Virus record (IMG/VR): IMGVR_UViG_3300030019_000003
Span: 1-64,000 of that record
Direction: 5' to 3' (one strand)
DNA: 64,000 bases
Shown: positions 49,982-57,782 of the stretch, piece after piece
Layout: the number at the start of each line of letters is the position of its first letter
Position numbering within the stretch: position 1 is the first letter of the stretch
Made by a program: the position numbers and the translations under genes
Notes under the pieces: generated by a model
Seen by the model: the letters and a program-made list of their open reading frames with translations, nothing else
What the model was told of the DNA's origin: nothing
The model's database searches: none

Positions 49982-50968
49982 ATGCCAGTCGTAAGTGTTT
50001 CGTTCCACGATAAAACAAGCAGAAAAATATTAACTTTAAAATCTAAGAATACGGTTTTAACAGAGGACGTGGTGTTATATTTTAATAACATTGGAGGGAC
50101 ACTCATAACGTATGAAGAGTTACAGAATCCTGATAGCTTACCAGCTGAATTTATAGCAGCCTGTAAAGGTGATGAGGGTAGAGGTATTAGCTCTATTGAT
50201 TTTGATTCAACAACCGATGTTTCTGGTAAAGCAGGCATACCTGGCGCTACAGATACCTATCGTATTAAATACAGTGATGGTAACTTTTCATTCTATAGCC
50301 TCTATAACGGGCTAAGAGTAAGTGATACGATGACAGTAGCACAAATAAACGCAGCTATTGCTTCTGCTATTGATATTGTGGTAGGCGGGGCACCTACACT
50401 TATGGATACTCTAAAAGAATTAGCCGATATGTTTGGGGATGATCCTAACGCATTTAATGCCTTAGTAGCTACAGTTGGTAAAAAAGCGGATCTAACTACA
50501 GTACAAGCTATAAGAGATACATTACAAACTAACATTGATAAAAAAGCAGATACCTCGGCTGTTAATGCACTTGTTAACAATTTAAACAATGCTGATATTG
50601 CTTTACAAAATAATATTAATGCGTTATCCAATAGTACTGCTGCCTCTGTTGCTAAATTATCCATGTTGCCGCAACTTTATAAAATAGCTGATTATCAATT
50701 AGCTTCAGGAGACCAAGCGTGTTCTGTAGATAGTGCTGCTAACATTTATATACCAACTGATGCTGCTGTTGCTTTACCAGTAGGAACTGTTATCGGGTTT
50801 ACCAATATGTCAGGTGGAACAACATATGTAGTTCCTCAAGCTGGTGTAACTTTAATATTATCAGGTACAACAAGTACTGGTAATAGAACATTAAAAACAT
50901 GGGCTACAGGTACATTCCATAAAGTAGGCGCTAACGTCTGGATCATTTCTGGCTCAGGTGTGCTATAA
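49982..50968 (+). CDS. Short tail fibre protein
   Basis: Common phage fibre motif VVGGAPTLMDTLKELADMFGDDPN, a coiled coil, and a small C-terminal beta domain ending WIISGSGV. Confidence 0.7.
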   Translation: MPVVSVSFHDKTSRKILTLKSKNTVLTEDVVLYFNNIGGTLITYEELQNPDSLPAEFIAACKGDEGRGISSIDFDSTTDVSGKAGIPGATDTYRIKYSDGNFSFYSLYNGLRVSDTMTVAQINAAIASAIDIVVGGAPTLMDTLKELADMFGDDPNAFNALVATVGKKADLTTVQAIRDTLQTNIDKKADTSAVNALVNNLNNADIALQNNINALSNSTAASVAKLSMLPQLYKIADYQLASGDQACSVDSAANIYIPTDAAVALPVGTVIGFTNMSGGTTYVVPQAGVTLILSGTTSTGNRTLKTWATGTFHKVGANVWIISGSGVL

Positions 50969-50999
50969 TGAAACATGTAAAAAATGATGAGGAGAATCT

Positions 51000-51902
51000 A
51001 TGAAAGTTCTTATTTATAAGAATAATAAACTAACTGTTGTTAACGATAATAAATCTGTATTTGAGATTACAGCAGAAAAGCCAGCGTACCTAACAGCAGA
51101 TGAAATTCATTACGATGTTTTTGTAAAAACGATTACTACTAATGGTGTGACGACAGATATGACAGAAAATGAAATGGCTGTCGCTGAGGCATTTATTACC
51201 AGTTATTCTTTTACAGTGGCTGCTGCTGATATAACTCCTGATAATAAAGTTTATTGTATCAATACTTATGGTGACTATATAGGATTTAAAGTACTCACTG
51301 CTAATGAAGTAGCTGTTGCAAGTATGCCACCACAAGATGGTAAACATTATTTTTGGGATGGTACAGATTGGAAACTAGCTATGGCTGTAAATGCATCAGG
51401 CACGTTAGCAGGTTTAGGTATAGTGGCTACTGGTACACAATTTTATATCGACGCCTCATTAGTGACTACAACTGGTTTAACAGCAGCCCAGACTTATGAT
51501 ATTGCAACTAAAACTATCGTCACAAACATGAGTGTAGCTAGAACAACTATTCTAAAATACATCCAACGCAGCATGTTTAACATTTATAATGACAATGTTG
51601 GTATATTGGGGATAAATGAAGTTAGCTCATTCACAACACAGGCTGCTGAAGCCAATGCCTGGAAAGCTGACAATACGTCTTTAACTCCATTTATAGACGT
51701 ATTGCTAATTAGACGTAGACAGAATGAAACTAAAGAAGAGTTGGTAAATAAGATTATTGCCAAGTCATCAGTTTACACACCGGTATCTGCTGGCATTACA
51801 GGTGATTTTCAATATTATAAAAAACGTATTGAAGATGCTACAGATTTACCTAGCTTAATAGTAATTCGTGATGAGTGGGATAAACTAGTGGAGGTAGCCT
51901 AA
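51000..51902 (+). CDS. Tail fibre assembly/chaperone-like protein
   Basis: PPQDGKHYFWDGTDWK and C-terminal EVSSFTTQAAEANAWKADNTSLTPFIDVLL…ETKEELVNKII; paralog of 56741-57688. Confidence 0.6.
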   Translation: MKVLIYKNNKLTVVNDNKSVFEITAEKPAYLTADEIHYDVFVKTITTNGVTTDMTENEMAVAEAFITSYSFTVAAADITPDNKVYCINTYGDYIGFKVLTANEVAVASMPPQDGKHYFWDGTDWKLAMAVNASGTLAGLGIVATGTQFYIDASLVTTTGLTAAQTYDIATKTIVTNMSVARTTILKYIQRSMFNIYNDNVGILGINEVSSFTTQAAEANAWKADNTSLTPFIDVLLIRRRQNETKEELVNKIIAKSSVYTPVSAGITGDFQYYKKRIEDATDLPSLIVIRDEWDKLVEVA

Positions 51903-52612
51903 TGTCTGGAATACTTGCTGACCTTGCCGGAAGTTCCGGCGGTATACCTACCTATACATTTACAAGTAACTATGACTGGGGTGATTTCAATCTTGCTACA
52001 GTATTTGATGCGCTAACGGTTGCTAATAGTAATAAATTCATAATCAACATACCTGCTGGTATTACAGTGTCAGGTGGTGGTGGCTCAGGTGTTCTTTCTG
52101 CTTTTAACTTTTCATATACTGAAGGTAAAACTATCACCATTAATAATGCTGGGGTTATTGCAGCCGGTAAGGGACAAGTTATTAACCAATATTTACGCGG
52201 AACACTTGGTAGCTATAACAACTATCAGTATGGTCCTTTTAATTGCTGGGGCGCTATGGCTAACCCTAATGGCGGATATGGTGGGTGTAGCGGTAATGGA
52301 TACTATATGATAGCAGATTCTGGACGGGCTTATGCTATTTGTGGAAATAAAGAGGTATATGCTGCGATGTCGTGGTCTTGGACTGATAATTCATCCATGC
52401 CGTCAATGCCTGCTAGTGGGTGCACTGGAATCTGGGGGTGGACATTGGTACAGGTTACAGGTGGCGAGGTGGTGAGTGACATTATCACAGGAAATAATAC
52501 TGTTAATGTTGGCGGCGCCAGGTATAATGGGTCTACCAGTGCTAATAATTATTATGAGTCTAATGAAAGTGCCAGATGTGATTGCGACTGTTGCGATTAT
52601 ACCAGCGGGTAA
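51902..52612 (+). CDS. Gly-rich gp38-like tail-tip adhesin with a Cys-rich C-terminus
   Basis: FNLATVF…IINIPAGITVSGGGG…TITINNAGVIAAGKG resembles T2/S16 gp38-type adhesins; ends RCDCDCCDYTSG. Confidence 0.55.
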   Translation: MSGILADLAGSSGGIPTYTFTSNYDWGDFNLATVFDALTVANSNKFIINIPAGITVSGGGGSGVLSAFNFSYTEGKTITINNAGVIAAGKGQVINQYLRGTLGSYNNYQYGPFNCWGAMANPNGGYGGCSGNGYYMIADSGRAYAICGNKEVYAAMSWSWTDNSSMPSMPASGCTGIWGWTLVQVTGGEVVSDIITGNNTVNVGGARYNGSTSANNYYESNESARCDCDCCDYTSG

Positions 52613-52638
52613 TTCTAAATAAATAATTTAAACATAAT

Positions 52639-52666
52639 AGCGTCAGGGAGTATACTCCCTGACGCT
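52639..52666 (+). terminator. Perfect 28-bp palindrome
   Basis: AGCGTCAGGGAGTATACTCCCTGACGCT. Confidence 0.65.
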
Positions 52667-52692
52667 GTAATAAGAAATTCAAAGGATGATTT

Positions 52693-53715
52693 ATGGAGGA
52701 GATTAAGACACCTACTGGTGGGACGGTTGTTATGTTAGTAGATACTTTTTGTGCAACAGGATGTAGCTATTGTCATTTAGCTACTAGAGAGAAAAACCCT
52801 GCTAGTTATGGTTATGAAAAATTGAATAATCTAATGAAATATATTAGACCAAAGTCTATTACGGTATATGCAGGGGATACATTTTATAATCACGATAACA
52901 TTAAGAAAGCCTATGAGTATGCGTTGTCTATACCTTCAGTACTTAAGGTCCAGTCTGTATCAGAAATTCAAAAGCTCTACAGGGATTTTGATATTAGAAC
53001 AGAAATTTTCGATATGTGCCTTTCTAGAGGTAAAAACTGTGGTGTGGAATTTAGTTTAGATCTGGCTGGTACTAAATCTGGAAACTATGTAGATTTATTA
53101 AATGCTTTTTATGCTGAAACGGGTACACCGATTTCTTTCACATGTGTTCTAACAATGGAACAAGTTTTGACACCAGATATTGATATTATTATTAAAGAGT
53201 ATATGAACACTTATAAAGGATTAAATTTTCTAGGCACTGTAGGGATTGCTCTAGATTATAATTCTGCTTTAACAAGGAGTTCTGATTATAACACCATTTT
53301 AAATCAGGTTGAGAAAGTATTTGCAGCTTTTTATGGGTCAGTCGATATTATGTCTTTTAAAGGTTTAAGACCGCAATTACTAAGTCAACGAGGATGTTTA
53401 TCTAGGCAAGCTCAAACATTAGTTAAATACGATGGTATGCTGTCAACATGTGGTAAAGTAAGACCTGATTTAGATATAACACCAATTTCTGCTTTAGATA
53501 TGTCAAGAGAGAATTATGAGACGTTTTATGACTCTAAATTAGTATTCCAAAAAGAAGTTAACTTTGATATCTGTGAAACGTGTGAAGCAAAGAATATTTG
53601 TGTTAGGTGTCCTAAGTTTATATTGCAGTCTAAGAATTTTGATGGTACCGCGGATACGTGTATGTTTTACAAATCAATGGTCGCTGTTGCAAAGAGACGC
53701 GGCATACTACTTTAA
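52693..53715 (+). CDS. Radical SAM enzyme with a SPASM-type auxiliary Fe-S domain
   Basis: CATGCSYC (CxxxCxxC); C-terminal RGC…DGMLSTC…CETCEAKNICVRC…TC. Confidence 0.85.
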   Translation: MEEIKTPTGGTVVMLVDTFCATGCSYCHLATREKNPASYGYEKLNNLMKYIRPKSITVYAGDTFYNHDNIKKAYEYALSIPSVLKVQSVSEIQKLYRDFDIRTEIFDMCLSRGKNCGVEFSLDLAGTKSGNYVDLLNAFYAETGTPISFTCVLTMEQVLTPDIDIIIKEYMNTYKGLNFLGTVGIALDYNSALTRSSDYNTILNQVEKVFAAFYGSVDIMSFKGLRPQLLSQRGCLSRQAQTLVKYDGMLSTCGKVRPDLDITPISALDMSRENYETFYDSKLVFQKEVNFDICETCEAKNICVRCPKFILQSKNFDGTADTCMFYKSMVAVAKRRGILL

Positions 53716-53738
53716 ACTGGTTAAGGGAGGGAGTTTAA

Positions 53739-54707
53739 ATGTACGATAAATGGGAAAATACCTTAAGGTATATGTTTAATGCCGCACAAGATAATAGTGC
53801 TCAATTTAAGTTAGCTAGGTTATTACATTTGAAATTAGCAGAGCATACCCTAGATAGAACAGGGACAACAGAGACTGAAAAAGACTATGTTATATGCAGC
53901 CCTATTTCAGAAGTATCTCTTAATCCAATTCCACTATCGGATATAATGGTAACTAGAGGATTAGAAATAATGAAAGACGAAACTAGAGATATTTATCTCA
54001 TGTGGAGTGGTGGCATGGATTCAACAGGAGCCTTTTATGCCTTATTGAATACTGGAAAACATTTTAATGTTATTTTTAATTCAAAATCTGTTAATGAGTA
54101 TGCTGATTTAGGTAACAAATTAATTAATGGTTATTTTGAAAATGTTACTACTATGTACAATCCTAAGAAATTTGATCTTCCTGAGTTTATAGCGAGTCAT
54201 CCTAATGCTACTATAGTAACAGGTGAACTTGGTGATCAAACCTTTGGTAGTGACAGTATGTTTAAATATTATCCTGAAGAAAGAAAACTAAATGTTCTAA
54301 CCGCTGTTGAAAATGAACTTTTAGATAAAGATGTTTTTGAATACACGGCACCCAAGGTTATGCTAGCTCTTGGATTACAAGATTTTAGTAATACAACTCT
54401 GGCAGCTTATTTGTGGGCATTAAACTTTATTTTTAAATATCAAAATGTACAGTTACGTTTTGGATATCTTAACATAATGACAAATGATCCATCTGGCAAA
54501 AATAACGGGCTACATTTCTACGACACAAAAGAATTTAATAGCTATGCTATGCTTAATTATAAAAATAATGCCAATTTTGAGAAAGATACTGATTACAAGA
54601 TGCCGTTAAAAGAATATATCTTTAGTCAAAACAATGATGCCGTCTACCGCGATACCAAAATTAAATTAGGTTCACTACGCTATACTGACTATAGTATAAG
54701 GAAATAG
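53739..54707 (+). CDS. Asparagine-synthetase-like PP-loop ATP pyrophosphatase (synthetase domain only)
   Basis: YLMWSGGMDST PP-loop and VTGELGDQTFG (AsnB-type SGEGADExFG); no N-terminal Ntn glutaminase domain. Confidence 0.7.
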   Translation: MYDKWENTLRYMFNAAQDNSAQFKLARLLHLKLAEHTLDRTGTTETEKDYVICSPISEVSLNPIPLSDIMVTRGLEIMKDETRDIYLMWSGGMDSTGAFYALLNTGKHFNVIFNSKSVNEYADLGNKLINGYFENVTTMYNPKKFDLPEFIASHPNATIVTGELGDQTFGSDSMFKYYPEERKLNVLTAVENELLDKDVFEYTAPKVMLALGLQDFSNTTLAAYLWALNFIFKYQNVQLRFGYLNIMTNDPSGKNNGLHFYDTKEFNSYAMLNYKNNANFEKDTDYKMPLKEYIFSQNNDAVYRDTKIKLGSLRYTDYSIRK

Positions 54708-54709
54708 AC

Positions 54710-55444
54710 ATGATTCAGAATATACCATCTGAATTTATTTTATCGGATCCTAGAAAAGATAGAGGTAATGCTAAATTAACCACACATAGTTTAATGGCTC
54801 GTTGGGAGGGGTTCACAAATAATATAAATCTTAAAGATAAGGTAATTCTTGATTTAGGTTGCGCTAACGCTGCTTTCGGTTATTTATCACTTGAGGCTGG
54901 CTGCAAGAATTATACTGGTGTTGAGGTTCAAAATGAATACTATAATACTGGTACGCACCTATTAAAAAAATACTACCCTGCGGGAAAATGGTCTATTAAA
55001 AAAACGGATATTACATCTTTTTTTAATACGCAACAGGGTGAATATGATATAGTTTTTGCCTGTGGTGTGATATACGGGGTATTTGATATAATAAGCTTAC
55101 TTAAAAACTTATTTAAAGTTACAAAAGAAACCCTAATAATAGAAAGCGTGAACCCACTTTCTGAAATAGATAGCCCGGCTATTGAGGTAACCTATGCAAC
55201 TATGGTAGATCACACGGATATTTTATACCCACTCCATGGTATTGGTTTTTTACCTAATTTTAAAGCACTAGCTTTAATTTCAGCTGTTTTTGGATTTGAA
55301 GCAGAGCTTATTGATTTATATCTACCAGAATATAATCAGATTCGCCGTAAGAAAAACAAAAGATATTTTTGTAAGTTTACTAATAAAAAACACCAAACAG
55401 CATGCGCACTAGAGACAATGATAATAAATAGGGGGAAAGAGTGA
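54710..55444 (+). CDS. Class I SAM-dependent methyltransferase
   Basis: KVILDLGCANA motif I, YTGVEV, YDIVFACGVIY. Confidence 0.8.
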   Translation: MIQNIPSEFILSDPRKDRGNAKLTTHSLMARWEGFTNNINLKDKVILDLGCANAAFGYLSLEAGCKNYTGVEVQNEYYNTGTHLLKKYYPAGKWSIKKTDITSFFNTQQGEYDIVFACGVIYGVFDIISLLKNLFKVTKETLIIESVNPLSEIDSPAIEVTYATMVDHTDILYPLHGIGFLPNFKALALISAVFGFEAELIDLYLPEYNQIRRKKNKRYFCKFTNKKHQTACALETMIINRGKE

Positions 55445-56721
55445 ATATAGAGAAATTCTTAGTTGCAAACAGAACATTAACATTCTTGTTAACATCCATT
55501 TCTATTGCATCTGCGTGGATATGGGCACCTGCATTATTTGTGTCTGCAACGGTAGCCTATAAATGGGGACTAGAAGGGTTATTGTGGTTTCTTATACCTA
55601 ACGTTTTAACATTAGTATTATTTGCTTTTGTTGGAAAAGTTCTAAGAGATAAGGATGAACGTGGGTATACCCTTTCGCAGTATATAAAAGAAAGAACCTC
55701 AAACAGATTACAGTATTTTTATATATTTGAATTACTGCTAATATCGGTATGCTGTATCGCAGTTCAACTGATTGCGGGTGGTAAACTACTATCTGGATTA
55801 TTACCTGTACTAAGTTATTTTGAATGGGTTGCAGTTCTTGGTGGCGTACCTGCTTTATATACTTTCTTTTATGGGATTAAGTCATCTGTTCTTATGGATA
55901 TTATACATTACACACTAATGTTCATATGCCTGGTAGGGATTACATTATTTTTAATATTTAGTAAACATTTAAGCAGTATACCTTTTACAGGTGTTGTTAA
56001 TACATCCAGTCTTAGTATCGCTTTAAGTTTTGGAATACCTACTGCTATAGGGCTATTAGCCGGAGCATTTGGTTCACAGGACTTTTATCAGCGTGCGTAT
56101 GCCGTTGTTAAAGAAGATGTTTTTAAATCCTATCTTGCTGGAGCAGGATTATTTATAGTCATACCTATCATGGTATCATTATTAGGCTTTACAGCTATTA
56201 ACGAAGGTTTTACTATTAAAGATATTGGTATGGTTAACTTTGAAACACTAGGATTTTTAAATATACCTTTAGCATCAACAGCACTAGCTATTGCCATTCT
56301 CTGTGGATTAACGTCGACTATTGATTCTTCTCAAACTTCGGTATCGGCTATATTCGGAAATGATATTTCAAAAATATTTTACGGTGACAGCAAGGTTTGG
56401 TTAGCAAGACTGGGTATTATCATAGTTACGGTGTTAGCTATCATTATTGCTAATACGGGTATTACTATTTTACAACTGTTCTTAACTTATGGTGCTATAA
56501 GATCATCGGTATTCTTAGTCTCATTGATGGCGGTATTAACAGATAGGATACTAAATAGCAACGCTGTTGTATACTCATTATTAGCTGTTGTTTTAATATT
56601 AGTACCTATTAATATTTATGCTATCCTAAATAAGATAGAAATACTACAGACAACGATGGCTATTTTGATTGTTGGCATACCAGGTATTGTTACCTATATA
56701 ACAAGTAAACAAAAAATATAA
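55441..56721 (+). CDS. Sodium:solute symporter (SSS) family transporter
   Basis: About 12 hydrophobic helices; SIASAWIWAPAL, GYTLSQYIKERT, GIKSSVLMDIIH, QDFYQRAYA, GLTSTIDS motifs. Confidence 0.85.
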   Translation: MNIEKFLVANRTLTFLLTSISIASAWIWAPALFVSATVAYKWGLEGLLWFLIPNVLTLVLFAFVGKVLRDKDERGYTLSQYIKERTSNRLQYFYIFELLLISVCCIAVQLIAGGKLLSGLLPVLSYFEWVAVLGGVPALYTFFYGIKSSVLMDIIHYTLMFICLVGITLFLIFSKHLSSIPFTGVVNTSSLSIALSFGIPTAIGLLAGAFGSQDFYQRAYAVVKEDVFKSYLAGAGLFIVIPIMVSLLGFTAINEGFTIKDIGMVNFETLGFLNIPLASTALAIAILCGLTSTIDSSQTSVSAIFGNDISKIFYGDSKVWLARLGIIIVTVLAIIIANTGITILQLFLTYGAIRSSVFLVSLMAVLTDRILNSNAVVYSLLAVVLILVPINIYAILNKIEILQTTMAILIVGIPGIVTYITSKQKI

Positions 56722-56740
56722 ATTAAGATAGGATTACATC

Positions 56741-57688
56741 ATGGCTATAAAAGTACTTATATACGAAAATGGCTTACTTACAGTAACACGTGACTACAGA
56801 AGTGCTGTTAGGATACCAGCAGAAAAACCTAATTTTATTATTGGTGACAGATTTTATTACAGTTCTGAAAAGAAAAGTATCGTTGAAGACTGGAATAATA
56901 CAGCTGAGCTAACAGAGTGTGAAATAAACGCTGCAGAAGAGTTTATCAATAGTTATGTTTTCGCTCCTATTGTTACTATCCCTACTACGATGCCGATGAG
57001 CGACATTAAGGAGCTTGTATTGGTAGATAGCAAGGGTGCCTATAAAGGTACCAGTTTTGCTAATCCTGGGCTTATAGTTGTTCCATTGATGCCTACAGAT
57101 CCTAATAAGTATTATTGGGATTTTGAAACAAATAACTGGATAGAAGGATATACTATAGTAACTGAAACAGGGATGCTAGTAGGAAGCACTATTCTCACAG
57201 GGGAGACCTATTCTTATATACCCGCTTCGTTAGTAGATAAAAATCTGTGTTCTATGTGCCAAGTCTATGATGCCACTCTTAAGAGAGTAGTCATTGACAT
57301 CGCTAAGTATAAGATGAAAGCTTATAAAACAGTATCCGAGGCTATGAGTAAAGCCATTGATACACGTTTAGATAAACCTGGTAAATATGAGGTAGTATCA
57401 TTCTTTGTACAAGTGGCTGAAGCTAAATCTTATTTAACCTTTAAAGATTTTCCAACACCTTATTTAAGTACGTTATTAGCTAGAAGAAAACGTATAATAG
57501 AGGGTAGACCTGAAACCATGGATGATCTTGTTGATAAGATCATTAAGAAGTCAATTCCGTTTGAAATATTTCATGCTGGTGTACTTGGTGAATACCACAG
57601 GCTAAAAGATCTTATTGATAATGCCGAGACGGTAGAAGAGATAGATGCCATAACAGAGACAATGGATTTTTTAGAAAACAAAGAATAA
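56741..57688 (+). CDS. Tail fibre assembly/chaperone-like protein, paralog of 51000-51902
   Basis: KVLIYENGLLTV N-terminus, EVVSFFVQVAEAKSY…TPYLSTLLARR…ETMDDLVDKII C-terminus. Confidence 0.6.
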   Translation: MAIKVLIYENGLLTVTRDYRSAVRIPAEKPNFIIGDRFYYSSEKKSIVEDWNNTAELTECEINAAEEFINSYVFAPIVTIPTTMPMSDIKELVLVDSKGAYKGTSFANPGLIVVPLMPTDPNKYYWDFETNNWIEGYTIVTETGMLVGSTILTGETYSYIPASLVDKNLCSMCQVYDATLKRVVIDIAKYKMKAYKTVSEAMSKAIDTRLDKPGKYEVVSFFVQVAEAKSYLTFKDFPTPYLSTLLARRKRIIEGRPETMDDLVDKIIKKSIPFEIFHAGVLGEYHRLKDLIDNAETVEEIDAITETMDFLENKE

Positions 57689-57693
57689 TTAAA

Positions 57694-57729
57694 CTTAACA
57701 AGAAACACGTAATCGTGTTTCTTGTTAAG
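57694..57729 (+). terminator. 16-bp stem hairpin
   Basis: CTTAACAAGAAACACG-TAAT-CGTGTTTCTTGTTAAG. Confidence 0.65.
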
Positions 57730-57782
57730 ACTGTTTTCTATGATTAAACGCGGTTTAATAAGACTTTTATTAGGAGAAATCA

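Noticed and set aside
52693-54707. QueE/QueC 7-deazaguanine DNA-modification pathway
   Set aside because: The radical SAM has a SPASM-type tail unlike QueE; the PP-loop protein has the AsnB-type TGELGDQ motif and lacks the QueC C-terminal Zn-binding cysteines; no QueD, FolE or DpdA in the window
40600-56721. Bacterial chromosomal DNA or a prophage boundary explaining the kinase, porin and transporter genes
   Set aside because: Base composition, RBS style and palindromic terminators look continuous with the flanking phage genes, and the genes are interleaved with tail genes; a misassembly cannot be fully excluded without reads
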